Virus record (IMG/VR): IMGVR_UViG_3300013094_000033
Coordinates: 11,019-75,018 of that record
Reading direction: 5' to 3' (one strand)
Length of the DNA stretch: 64,000 bases
DNA from: a virus
This document shows positions 1 through 9,611 of the stretch, piece after piece. The notes under the pieces were generated by a model. The model ran no database searches. It saw only the letters and a program-made list of their open reading frames with translations, and had not been told where the DNA came from. Both the position numbers and the translations under genes were made by a program. Position 1 is the first letter of the stretch; every line of letters begins with the position of its first letter.

Positions 1-135
1 CACTCGTTGATGATCAAACATATGATGCAACAGATGTCCAGTTATATTTGGATATCCATCTAACCCACCTTCCACTGTGCAATAGTCTAGTAATGCAGAT
101 AGTGTGTGTATTTCGAAATCAACTAAATTAATCAT
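1..135 (-). CDS. Hypothetical protein, 5' part only (runs off the window start)
   Basis: The ATG at 135 overlaps the TGA of the upstream gene (ATGA). The frame is open to base 1: MINLVDFEIHTLSALLDYCTVEGGLDGYPNITGHLLHHMFDHQRV. Confidence 0.6.
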   Translation of the reverse strand, partial: MINLVDFEIHTLSALLDYCTVEGGLDGYPNITGHLLHHMFDHQRV

Positions 136-1439
136 ACATTATATATTTTTGATCTATCCCAGTATTTGTATACTATGTTGCTTACGCCTGCAAAATTAAG
201 TAGCTCCCCACGAAGAGCAGCGCAATTTGCGATAGTATCGTACGCCGCTTTTCTAAAACTGTAGACATATAATGTATCGTCAACGTAATTGAGTACAAAA
301 TCATTTAACGTTACATCACTATTGATTATTCCAATCATGAATTGTTGCACATCTGCAATGTATTGATTATTAATCAGCTGATTACCTTTGAAAAATACTC
401 GGTTGTTATACTCAGCAACATAATTGCTAGTATCCCGACCATTGGCCCACAGTTTATTATTTTCAATTGTGTAATCTATTAGACTATCACCTAGTTCATT
501 TGAAAAATAGCTGTCATCTGTTTTACGAATTGTTTTACTGAAAATTGGTGTCAGTGATGTATCTGGAATATATAAGGCTGTTATAGCATCCACACCTCTA
601 CTAAACAACCAATCACATACTTTGGCCGACGGTGCGGCTTTTTGTGGTCCAGATCGTGCAGTAATTATCCGAGCACCATCAAAATCAAATTTAAAAGACT
701 CTGACCCAAACGGACTGCTTTTGTTCATGCTATCTTCAAGTAACTTAAATGCTTGTAAATGCGTCGGAGATATTACTATATAGTCTAGTCCTTGTGTTCG
801 CAGTAGACTTGCTAGTTCAATCATATGCGAGCAAGAATATATTGTTGACTGCTCAATCATAAGAGGTGTAAGCAACATTGGCAAAGTTTCATGATGCATT
901 GTATACTGTATTGTTGCAATATTTCCGCCGCTAAAAATTGATTTTAATAACGGCTTAGACGCTAGAATAAATTCTTCAACGGTATACTCTACTAAATTAG
1001 AAAATACGCGATTAGAATCCGCTACGTTTTTAATTAATATTGAATTTAATTTAAACTCTGTGGCTGTGTATACAGGATCTTTATGATAATGATTGGCATT
1101 TAAAAATTTAGGTCTATCGGTTGATATTTCAGTTTTACCAAATCCAACAATAGTTAAATCTACTGTATTAGCCAATTCATCAATCATGTCATTTGAATAA
1201 GTGCCTGTATAAATGGTAATGCCATTTTCCATGCATGCAAGTATTATAGCGATACAGTCCAAGCATTGGTAAAAGTGCATAGAAATAGTTGTAATTGATC
1301 GTTCGGCAAAATAATCTTTCCAATATTGAACTCTATTTAAAATATCTTTTTTTTCGTAAAAAGGAAATACCGAAGTTGAATCAACTATACAACCGCCGTA
1401 TATTAAATCTTTGCTCGAAGCACCACTACGTATCGTCAT
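132..1439 (-). CDS. Degenerate ANL/AMP-binding (adenylate-forming) superfamily-like protein
   Basis: Segments CIAIILACMENGITIY, LASLLRTQGLDYIVISPTHL and ARIITARSG..CDWLFSRGVDAITALY follow the order of ANL-family motifs. No canonical TSGTTG P-loop is visible. Confidence 0.45.
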   Translation of the reverse strand: MTIRSGASSKDLIYGGCIVDSTSVFPFYEKKDILNRVQYWKDYFAERSITTISMHFYQCLDCIAIILACMENGITIYTGTYSNDMIDELANTVDLTIVGFGKTEISTDRPKFLNANHYHKDPVYTATEFKLNSILIKNVADSNRVFSNLVEYTVEEFILASKPLLKSIFSGGNIATIQYTMHHETLPMLLTPLMIEQSTIYSCSHMIELASLLRTQGLDYIVISPTHLQAFKLLEDSMNKSSPFGSESFKFDFDGARIITARSGPQKAAPSAKVCDWLFSRGVDAITALYIPDTSLTPIFSKTIRKTDDSYFSNELGDSLIDYTIENNKLWANGRDTSNYVAEYNNRVFFKGNQLINNQYIADVQQFMIGIINSDVTLNDFVLNYVDDTLYVYSFRKAAYDTIANCAALRGELLNFAGVSNIVYKYWDRSKIYNV

Positions 1440-2611
1440 TTTAGTTTATAAAGTTCTCTAAAAATCTTACTACTATCTATGCTGCGGCGTTGATCTAGTT
1501 CTGCCAATTGAGCAAAGGATCCAGACAAATCTTTCGCCCACGGCTGTTCTAAATATTCCAATATGTTTCTGTAACTGTTTTCTAATAGAAATCCTGGCTT
1601 ATTAGCAATACGTTGAGTAAATTCTTGTTTAACTTCATCTAATACAGTATCGGGCAAGTTTCGTACGTTTAAAAACTCAGGGGTAATAATACCGCCAATG
1701 ATAAAACTATTATTGTGAAATCCCTGTTGTTGAAAATACTCAACGCAATCAAATAGACTCTGATAGTTTAACAAGAAATATAACATGTTAAACGATATTT
1801 TATGATCCAACTGTTTAATTGTATTTAAGTTATCTAAAAAGTCAGTCCAAGATCCACCATAACGTATATATTCGTATTCCGCTTCAATGGTTTCTACACT
1901 TACAGTCCAATGTACATTTTTAAATTCACATACTAAATCAAATACTCGTGTGTCTGTTTTACTTAGGTTACTGTTAATGCGTAGATTAACTCCAGGATTT
2001 GTTTTAAGTAATCGTTCTAGTAATTCTACATTTTCTTTCATTAGCAGGGGCTCGCCACCGGCTAGATATACATGATTCAATTGACTGGTATGATCAAAAA
2101 TATAGTTTTTAAATTCTTCACGCTGTTGATTAGTGGGCATTTCCTGTTGGATGTTTAATTCCGCAGCCCATTTACTGCTGAATCTAGGAAAGCAATACAC
2201 ACAAGCAAAGTTACAAAGGTTAGTCCAACGTATATCTGTTTTACGTAGCCCAAATGTTGCAGGACTATCGTATAAACTTTTATCAACGTGTTTCATTTCT
2301 TTAAGATAAAACACACGGTCACTGATAATATCAAAACTACGTTCGTTCTTTTCTAATGTGTAACAAGTATCACAAGTGGCACAAGGTTCGCCTGCACGCA
2401 TTTGTGTACGGTTCATTATATTAACAGGACTATTTACAATTTCTTCAATTGAATTGTCTTTTATATTTCCTATTTCGCCTGTACTGCGTATGCAATTCTT
2501 TACTGCACCATCGTAGTTGTACATTAACCCAGTCCAGGGAATAGGGCAAAAACTTTTATTAGTTAAGTATTCCTTACTCTCCATAATAAACACGTGGATA
2601 ATCCTGTGCAA
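1436..2611 (-). CDS. Radical SAM protein with N-terminal SPASM/twitch-like Fe-S domain (real start probably the MESKE Met at 2584)
   Basis: CNFACVYC (CxxxCxxC), AGGEPLL and INSN; N-terminal FCPIPW..DGAVKNC..GNIKDNSIEEIVNS..CATCDTC. Confidence 0.9.
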   Translation of the reverse strand: MHRIIHVFIMESKEYLTNKSFCPIPWTGLMYNYDGAVKNCIRSTGEIGNIKDNSIEEIVNSPVNIMNRTQMRAGEPCATCDTCYTLEKNERSFDIISDRVFYLKEMKHVDKSLYDSPATFGLRKTDIRWTNLCNFACVYCFPRFSSKWAAELNIQQEMPTNQQREEFKNYIFDHTSQLNHVYLAGGEPLLMKENVELLERLLKTNPGVNLRINSNLSKTDTRVFDLVCEFKNVHWTVSVETIEAEYEYIRYGGSWTDFLDNLNTIKQLDHKISFNMLYFLLNYQSLFDCVEYFQQQGFHNNSFIIGGIITPEFLNVRNLPDTVLDEVKQEFTQRIANKPGFLLENSYRNILEYLEQPWAKDLSGSFAQLAELDQRRSIDSSKIFRELYKLK

Positions 2612-3572
2612 TATCTATACCACGTAATCTATCCTGCATTGATATATATTGTTCTAACTCCATGATATTACTTTTGTCCACAGCAACAAATTGTGATATA
2701 ATGTGGTCGCCTAATTTGTCTATTGCTCGTTGTGTAAGTCCATTAACATTCTTAATGCTGAGTACTTCGGGACTATGCAACAAAGCATAAGAATGTTTGA
2801 AATTATGTTCTTTAACAAACGATTCTATTTCTAGTAGATTGCAAATATTCAACACGCTCACTGTAGTCCATAAATTTAATTCATGTAGATTCATCTCTTT
2901 GTAGGTCATAAGATTTGAATAAAACTTATCCCATTTAATGGGCCATCTGAGATAATCATGATAATCTCTTACACCATCGAAGCTAACAGTCACTGTTACT
3001 TTAACGCCACGTGCCACTAATTGTTCAAGTTCAGGAATCACTAAACTACAGTTTGTGTTAATGCGAATTGATTGCACGTTAGGTGGAAGGTTTGCTAATA
3101 CGTTGCGATAGTTTTTACTGGCACTGGGTTCTCCGCCATTGATATCCAGATGCGTAATGCGATCTAGAGGCAAAGACCAAAACTTATTTGAATTATCAAC
3201 TATTGTATATTCTTTATCATACAAACTACCAATCTTGGTACTACAGTTCGGATTACATGTTTGGCATGCACTATTGCATACGTTATCTAATACTCCTCCT
3301 ACTATAAGATAGTCTGATTTTGTTTGTAGTTCTTGATACCGAATATCATTCATTCGTATACTAGATTGATTCATACGTTCTGTTTCTGCACAACGAATAC
3401 ATTCTGCAGGGAACTCATCTATATCAAACTTATCTTTAATGCTTTGTTGCCATTGGCTAGCATTCATTTCTTCAAGAGAATCAAATCGCGGTGGATTAAC
3501 CATGTGACCACAACGACTAACTTTTCCGTCTGGATTTAATCTTACAAAATGATTTATTCTAGGACATTGCAT
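2574..3572 (-). CDS. Radical SAM protein with N-terminal twitch-like domain
   Basis: CNSACQTC, NGGEPS, INTNC and VSFDG; N-terminal QCPR..DGKVSRC..ECIRC. Confidence 0.88.
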   Translation of the reverse strand: MQCPRINHFVRLNPDGKVSRCGHMVNPPRFDSLEEMNASQWQQSIKDKFDIDEFPAECIRCAETERMNQSSIRMNDIRYQELQTKSDYLIVGGVLDNVCNSACQTCNPNCSTKIGSLYDKEYTIVDNSNKFWSLPLDRITHLDINGGEPSASKNYRNVLANLPPNVQSIRINTNCSLVIPELEQLVARGVKVTVTVSFDGVRDYHDYLRWPIKWDKFYSNLMTYKEMNLHELNLWTTVSVLNICNLLEIESFVKEHNFKHSYALLHSPEVLSIKNVNGLTQRAIDKLGDHIISQFVAVDKSNIMELEQYISMQDRLRGIDIAQDYPRVYYGE

Positions 3573-4171
3573 AAGTTTATTGATCTTTGTATAACTTCTC
3601 GGTGTACTTCAGGGAATTCTTGTTTTATAGTGTCTACTATGTCAGTGAATTCAACTGTTTTTCCTAATAGATTATTTACTAAAACTTTATCTACATCTAA
3701 GTAAAAAAGTACTTTATCATTGTTTTCAAAATATTCAACTAACTCATCGTCGACTATAGATTTATTTCTTGCTTCGTTAGTAATGGTTTCTACATAATGC
3801 AATGGCTTAATAGATAAAGCAGCATGCGAATATCTACGTAAATTAACTAACCAATAAAATTGTGGAGCAAAATGTCTATTTAAAAATAAATGATTTTCAA
3901 TATAGTATAATGCTGTTTTTCGATCTAATTCCGGATCAAGTTTATCCAGGTATGTCTGAACGCCCGAGATAAATCTTTCAAATGGATTGCGTACTAGTAC
4001 TTCAATGGTTTTAATTTCTATTAGATTATCTTGATCGACAATCGAAAAGCCAGAGTTCATTAAAGAACTACTGGCATTTTTGAAAATAGGATAGATATAC
4101 TTTTGCGATGGTACTATTTCTAATACCTCGCAACGATCTGGAAATATAATGTTATCAAGTTGCGATAACAT
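3554..4171 (-). CDS. Sulfotransferase family 2-like protein
   Basis: 5'-PSB-like IFKNASSSL, 3'-PB-like VRNPFERFISG, and HFAPQ motif. Confidence 0.7.
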   Translation of the reverse strand: MLSQLDNIIFPDRCEVLEIVPSQKYIYPIFKNASSSLMNSGFSIVDQDNLIEIKTIEVLVRNPFERFISGVQTYLDKLDPELDRKTALYYIENHLFLNRHFAPQFYWLVNLRRYSHAALSIKPLHYVETITNEARNKSIVDDELVEYFENNDKVLFYLDVDKVLVNNLLGKTVEFTDIVDTIKQEFPEVHREVIQRSINLCNVLE

Positions 4172-4822
4172 TTAGTTAAACTCACATTTGTTATACCAAT
4201 TTCTTGATTGAACTAATTTTAGATATGGTGCGTAATTAACATCAAGTTTAACACGCTCAACAATGTCAGATATTGTTACCGTCTCATTCATACAATTATT
4301 ATATATTACCCTGTCAGGAGTAAAAGCTAATATTAAACCCTGAAGAAGTTGATGAGATACTGAATAATTTTCTGCTCTGGTAACTTGATTTAAATGAACA
4401 TTAGTTATTTTTGTTAATTCGTCCATGGGAATTATTTTAAATTTTATTCCAGGACAGTACATATCCATTTTTAATAAAGTCCAAAATTGGGGAGAAGAAT
4501 GTGCGTCTAAAAATGGTATATCAAAACTTTTGGTCAGATAAATAACAAAGTCTGGTACACTTAACGCTAGTACATCTCGATATGTGTTGCAAGCACTAAA
4601 AAATCTGTCAATTGGATCCCGTATTATAACTGTACACTGATTTATGTTAAATCGATCAATGAAATTTTTTAGACTAGTACCTTTGTAATGTCTGTACCGG
4701 TTGGGGTCAGTGTTATATAGGTTCACTAGACTACGTGTACCGTTTTTAGGTATTAGTGTGTAGCATACACCACCTTGCGGATCGTATAGCAATTCTACAT
4801 AATTTGATAAAATATTAAACAT
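4172..4822 (-). CDS. Sulfotransferase family 2-like protein (paralogue of 3554-4171)
   Basis: IPKNGTRSL, IRDPIDRFFSA and HSSPQFW motifs. Confidence 0.7.
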   Translation of the reverse strand: MFNILSNYVELLYDPQGGVCYTLIPKNGTRSLVNLYNTDPNRYRHYKGTSLKNFIDRFNINQCTVIIRDPIDRFFSACNTYRDVLALSVPDFVIYLTKSFDIPFLDAHSSPQFWTLLKMDMYCPGIKFKIIPMDELTKITNVHLNQVTRAENYSVSHQLLQGLILAFTPDRVIYNNCMNETVTISDIVERVKLDVNYAPYLKLVQSRNWYNKCEFN

Positions 4823-4828
4823 AATTAA

Positions 4829-4850
4829 TTACAGGGGTTCCCCCCTGTAA
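4829..4850 (-). terminator. Hairpin directly after the gp32 stop (weak terminator or processing/stability stem)
   Basis: TTACAGGGG-loop-CCCCTGTAA 9-bp stem with a GGAA (GNRA) loop on the minus strand; U-tract is poor. Confidence 0.5.
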
Positions 4851-4857
4851 ATTTATA

Positions 4858-5853
4858 TTATTGCTTGCGATTTCTAATCATTGCTAAAATGTCTTCAGCA
4901 CGTTGGCTAGAAGGTTTAGCGGCAGGTGTTGCAATTGGTGCAGTTGGTGCTGGAGCATCATCTTCGTCAAATGGTGCATCATCAACTGCCGCTACAGGAG
5001 CAGGAGCAGATTGTGCTACTGGTGCAGGTGCTGTATCTGCTGGAGCAGAATTACCACCTTGGAAACCAGCTGGTTTGAAATATGAACTCCAACGATCTGG
5101 GTCATATGGTTGACCGTCTACTGACGCTTCAAACATTTCTTTCATAACTCTAAGCTCAACATCTGTTGGTTTCTTTGGCAAGAAATCACTTAAGTTATAC
5201 AATCCGAATTGTTCAACTGCGGCTGCTTCATCAGCAGTTAGTGCAGTTTCTTTACGTGCCCATGTGCTGGTATTGTAATCAGCATATCCACCTTTTGAAG
5301 TTTTCTTGATGTTAAAGTCAAGACCACCTTCATAGTCAGTTGGTAGATTTTCCATTTCTGGATCGATCAATGCATTTTTAACCAAGTTAAAAATTTGTGG
5401 ACTAATAACAAATCTGCGAATTGGATTTGCTGGTGTTTTGTCATCACTCAATGGATTGTCACGTACAAAACCTTGGAACAAATAACTACGCTTTTTCCAA
5501 TATTTACGGCCCATTTCTTCTAAATTGGGATCCTTAAACCATGTACGTACTTCTGCCAAGATTGGGCAAGCACTCCCGTCATTATACATTTCCACGCAAG
5601 GAACTTGTACCATAACTGGTTTGCTGTCTGCTTGTCCTTTAATACCAGCAAATGGTAATTTAATCATTGCACGTTCAACCCAAAAGAAATCATTCTTTGT
5701 GTTACCGTCTGGTAAAAATCTTACTCTTGCTGTGGTGTTTTCTGGAATGTTCCAGTGTGCGTAAATGGCGTTATCGCCTTGTGACTGATTACCGCTCCCA
5801 CGGGTCTCATTTGCTTGTAGTTTTGCGCGAATTTCTGCTAATGTCATTGCCAT
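4858..5853 (-). CDS. gp32: Single-stranded DNA-binding protein, T4 gp32-like
   Basis: ARVRFLPDG, PC..CPI, KYWKKRSY, GLDFNIKKTSKGGYADYNTS motifs; acidic/Pro-Ala-rich C-terminal tail; SD AAGGA. Confidence 0.9.
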   Translation of the reverse strand: MAMTLAEIRAKLQANETRGSGNQSQGDNAIYAHWNIPENTTARVRFLPDGNTKNDFFWVERAMIKLPFAGIKGQADSKPVMVQVPCVEMYNDGSACPILAEVRTWFKDPNLEEMGRKYWKKRSYLFQGFVRDNPLSDDKTPANPIRRFVISPQIFNLVKNALIDPEMENLPTDYEGGLDFNIKKTSKGGYADYNTSTWARKETALTADEAAAVEQFGLYNLSDFLPKKPTDVELRVMKEMFEASVDGQPYDPDRWSSYFKPAGFQGGNSAPADTAPAPVAQSAPAPVAAVDDAPFDEDDAPAPTAPIATPAAKPSSQRAEDILAMIRNRKQ

Positions 5854-5937
5854 GATATGTTTCCTTTATAAATTAAGATGGTCTTTAAAAATGTGCCTAA
5901 ATGTATACAGCACTCCCGCAGTATACAATAATATTTA
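5854..5937 (-). promoter_or_regulatory. gp32 leader: TAAATA late-type promoter and putative H-type pseudoknot (autoregulatory operator)
   Basis: TAAATA at 5937-5932; stem TGTATAC/GTATACA; loop GTGCT complementary to downstream GGCAC; A/U-rich stretch before the SD. Confidence 0.5.
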
Positions 5938-5962
5938 TCTAGTTGCTAGACTTTTGGTAGAT

Positions 5963-7432
5963 TTATTTTTTTAATCCAGCCAGACTACGAATGAATTCCA
6001 AATCGTCCGATTCTTTGACTACTGGATTTTCATTTGGCCAATCCATCCCAGTTGCACCGTATTCATGTGAATGTTCTGGATCTTGTTGTGGACTTGTCTG
6101 TTGAGCGAAATTGGTTTGAGCATCACGTCCATTTTGTTTTAGACTTGCTTGTACTTTTTCGAATACTTCAGGCATATTTGATTTTAGCCAAATCTTAACT
6201 AACGCTGTTGCATCTGCATCCGGACCATGACTTATTGCCAGCTGTTCAATTGCATCATTCAATTCATCATTGCCAATGATTGGGCTAACGCTACTACGAG
6301 CATCCATGCCATCCATACCAACCGGCAACGGACTTTGCAATAGTTTAATTAATGCTGTTACTTTATCTTCGTTGTCGGGCTTTGCCCATGTGCCTTCAAA
6401 AACACCATCAGCCCATTCTTCCAACTCGTTGCCGTGTTGTGCAAATGCTTCTTCTTGTTGACGCTTGTATGCACGAGCAACATATGGTAATGCATCGTCA
6501 AATCTTTCATCGTACATTTTTTTAACAAAACGTTCGCGCAATGTATTTACATCTATTTCTTCTTCTACGTCTGAGTCAGGTGTATAAGAATCTAAGAATT
6601 CTTGATAGTGTTTCTTATTTGCTAAATGTCTTAGTGTATTTTTAAGTTGTAGATAGTGGTGTGTTGCGGCCTGTGCCATATCAGCAGTTTCAGCATCTTC
6701 AAATTGACGACGTTTAGTTGAACGAACAAAGTGGCTCATTGCAGACATTTCAGCAACCATATTGTTAATGCATTCACCTATCTCATCGTACATACTACCA
6801 CCTTCACTTAAGTGACGTGCAGTAGCACGAGCACCATGTAGGTTAGTGTGATCTAGTAAGAAACGCTCGCCACGTGAGTTTTCAATATAAATTTTTTCAA
6901 TTCTTCTACCACGGTCGCCACGAACTTTATCGCTAACTGGTGCACCGTGTTTGATTAACAATCGGCACTCACCCATGTCTGCATAGCTTTTATGAGTTGT
7001 GCCGTATAATTTACTTTCAGTTACTTTAATATCTTGAGAAGTTGATACTTCGTCTGATTTTGCCTGTTGTTTAATATCTTGTAATTGTAAATTAGATTTA
7101 TTAATGTCTCGTGTATCAAAAGTTAATAAATTTCTTTTTGCAAATTGTCTTAGATTACGTAAAAATTCATACCATTGTTTTCTTTGGTCTCTATCCATAT
7201 CTGCGCTGATATTTTGACCAAAATAAGCCTTTAAGCTAGTTTCATCGATTAAACTAATTGTTACTTTGCCAAATTCTGTGCCATCACTGCCAGTATATGT
7301 AAAATTAAAAAATCGTGCATTTTCAGGATCTGTTTCAGCCTGTGCTTTTTCGTTACCCAAAGTTACATTGGGAAAACGTGAGCGTATCTTGTTAAACAGC
7401 TCTGTGGAAATGGATTCTATTTCTTTACTCAT
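5963..7432 (-). CDS. Hypothetical protein, probably prohead/internal head protein
   Basis: 489 aa; TAAATA 7 nt upstream; C-terminus FIRSLAGLKK resembles the scaffold C-terminus EIKRLAGLK. Confidence 0.5.
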   Translation of the reverse strand: MSKEIESISTELFNKIRSRFPNVTLGNEKAQAETDPENARFFNFTYTGSDGTEFGKVTISLIDETSLKAYFGQNISADMDRDQRKQWYEFLRNLRQFAKRNLLTFDTRDINKSNLQLQDIKQQAKSDEVSTSQDIKVTESKLYGTTHKSYADMGECRLLIKHGAPVSDKVRGDRGRRIEKIYIENSRGERFLLDHTNLHGARATARHLSEGGSMYDEIGECINNMVAEMSAMSHFVRSTKRRQFEDAETADMAQAATHHYLQLKNTLRHLANKKHYQEFLDSYTPDSDVEEEIDVNTLRERFVKKMYDERFDDALPYVARAYKRQQEEAFAQHGNELEEWADGVFEGTWAKPDNEDKVTALIKLLQSPLPVGMDGMDARSSVSPIIGNDELNDAIEQLAISHGPDADATALVKIWLKSNMPEVFEKVQASLKQNGRDAQTNFAQQTSPQQDPEHSHEYGATGMDWPNENPVVKESDDLEFIRSLAGLKK

Positions 7433-7442
7433 GATAGTATAT

Positions 7443-9011
7443 TTATCCTAATACAGCTAGAAAAGGCATAGGTTCAATGAATGTATCTATGCTGTCCCGC
7501 AATTCAGCATCAAGTCCTGCATCAAAATTCTGCATTAACTGTGCCATTCTAACTACAAGTAGCGTTGCCATGACCAAATCGTCATGCTCTCCCAATTTGG
7601 CTGCATAACTAGATCCTGTTGCTACAAAATTCTTTAATTCACTTACAAGCATTTTACTTGCTATAGCCATTCGTTTTGTTTCAATTAAACTCTTTAACTT
7701 AGAGCATGCAGCCAGCTTTGATTTGTTTAATGTAGTAAATCCTTTGCGATATCTGCCTGTGTGCCCTGTGCGTTTTGGTTCGCTTAAAAATATACCTGAT
7801 ATATTTTCTTCACCTATTTCATTTATAGCAACTAGTGCGGCTTCTCCCAAGGTATTGTTTTCTACACTATAGTAAACATTGTTATTACCTGCAATTTCAG
7901 CAAGGTACTGACAAATTTCTTTCATAATAACAACTTGGCGTTGTACAATAGTTCTATTATGACTCCACTCTGCAACTTGTTTTAATCCTGGTAACTCAAA
8001 TACTTGGATGGCTGCCGGATCACCACCGGTACCTAGGCTTGGATCTAGCCCTACTACATAAGTACAATCTTTTTCAGGCTTTTTATACCAACGTACTTGT
8101 CCTTGTTTTTCTAACGGATCGATGCCCGCCATTTCAACTAAGAACAATGGATTAATAAGAGTTTCATCAAAAATAATGAACTCGCATTCCATTTCACGAC
8201 GGAAACGTTCTTCGCCTAACTGCGCTCGCATTTGTTCTGCCCACGCCTCATCACGATCTGGATGTTCTTGCCACTTACTACGAAACGCTTTAAATCCATT
8301 TTTGCCAAGTTCTGTTTCGTTACCGAAATTATCAAATGTGTTGTTAGCTTGACGCCAAATTTGTGCAAACTGGTCTTCGTCTGAATTTGGTGTACTTGTA
8401 ATAATACACTTACCACCAGTTGCTAGTGTAGGAGTAATAGAAGTCCAAAACTCTGACGCAATAGTGGGGCGGACGAACGCAAACTCATCACAATACAATA
8501 AGGATATTGACATACCCCGGCCTGTGTTTTCTGTGGTTGTTTGACTTACAATACGACTTCCATTTTCAAAGTCCAAACTTCCTTTGTTGTAACTGGTAAC
8601 ACCAGCACGTATAAAGTCCGGACAGTTTTCATATGCATACCGAACACGTTGCATAATCTCTTGTGCGCCCAAGTACTTGTGTGCCGCAACTAAGATAGTG
8701 GAATCGGGCACAAACATAGCGTACCATAATAAGTAGCCAGCGGCAGTAGTTGACTTTCCAGTTTGTCGTGGCATCATACTAATCGAAAATCTGTAATTAT
8801 GATAAGACTCAATTAGTCTTTCTTGATATTCAAATGGTTCATATTGTATTGCACCCTTAGTTGGGTGCTGGATGAAAAAGTAACGACTCATAAAATATGA
8901 AGGCCCTTTTACTGGGTCTGCACAACGGGCAATTTCCAGAATTTGTTGTTCTGAATAAGACATCTTTCGGTAAGGTGTCTTGATAATTGCTGATTCTAAG
9001 TCTTTACTCAT
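7443..9011 (-). CDS. gp17: Terminase large subunit, T4 gp17-like
   Basis: Q-motif FEYQ, Walker A MPRQTGKST, Walker B LLYCDEFAFV, coupling motif ITSTPN, RNase H-like VGLDPSLG and HDDLVMA. Confidence 0.95.
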   Translation of the reverse strand: MSKDLESAIIKTPYRKMSYSEQQILEIARCADPVKGPSYFMSRYFFIQHPTKGAIQYEPFEYQERLIESYHNYRFSISMMPRQTGKSTTAAGYLLWYAMFVPDSTILVAAHKYLGAQEIMQRVRYAYENCPDFIRAGVTSYNKGSLDFENGSRIVSQTTTENTGRGMSISLLYCDEFAFVRPTIASEFWTSITPTLATGGKCIITSTPNSDEDQFAQIWRQANNTFDNFGNETELGKNGFKAFRSKWQEHPDRDEAWAEQMRAQLGEERFRREMECEFIIFDETLINPLFLVEMAGIDPLEKQGQVRWYKKPEKDCTYVVGLDPSLGTGGDPAAIQVFELPGLKQVAEWSHNRTIVQRQVVIMKEICQYLAEIAGNNNVYYSVENNTLGEAALVAINEIGEENISGIFLSEPKRTGHTGRYRKGFTTLNKSKLAACSKLKSLIETKRMAIASKMLVSELKNFVATGSSYAAKLGEHDDLVMATLLVVRMAQLMQNFDAGLDAELRDSIDTFIEPMPFLAVLG

Positions 9012-9031
9012 AATGCCTTTTACTGTATAAT
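9003..9031 (+). promoter_or_regulatory. Sigma70-like promoter for the HNH gene, overlapping the terminase start codon
   Basis: TTTACT-N17-TATAAT. Confidence 0.5.
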
Positions 9032-9071
9032 ATAAGTATATTTAACATCAAACAAAAAATGGTAAATCAAA

Positions 9072-9611
9072 ATGTCAGATACCCTATTGCTTAACAGCAA
9101 CTACGAACCTATTAGTGTACTTCCATTAAGTGTAATCGGATGGCAACATGCAATCAAGCTCATGTATTTGGGCCGCGTCCATGTGCTAGAAACTTACCCA
9201 AATTGGATTATTCGTTCTGAACGACTTGCGATAAATGTACCTAGTGTATGTGTGACTAAAGAATATTTTCATCACAAAAAGAATGTTAAGTTTAGTCGCT
9301 ACAACATGTATATGCGTGATTTGTTTCAGTGCCAATACTGCAATGATGTATTTGATTTTGAAGAATTAACCATTGACCACGTGATCCCACGTGCCGAGGG
9401 TGGAAAAACATCTTGGACTAACTGTGTGACTGCATGCAAACCATGTAATCATAAGAAAGGTAGCTCGATGAAAATTCGTCCTCGTATTATGCCGTACAAG
9501 CCAGATTACTATGCATTGGTTAATAAGTGGAAAGAAATGCCATTTACTGTTCGCCAAGAATCTTGGAATCAGTATTTAGGTGTTACTCGTCCTGTCCGGG
9601 CATCAGCTTAG
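9072..9611 (+). CDS. HNH endonuclease (McrA/HNH_5-like)
   Basis: RDLFQCQYC..LTIDHVIPR..GGKTSWTNCVTACKPCNHKK; N-terminal LLLNSNYEPI. Confidence 0.9.
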   Translation: MSDTLLLNSNYEPISVLPLSVIGWQHAIKLMYLGRVHVLETYPNWIIRSERLAINVPSVCVTKEYFHHKKNVKFSRYNMYMRDLFQCQYCNDVFDFEELTIDHVIPRAEGGKTSWTNCVTACKPCNHKKGSSMKIRPRIMPYKPDYYALVNKWKEMPFTVRQESWNQYLGVTRPVRASA

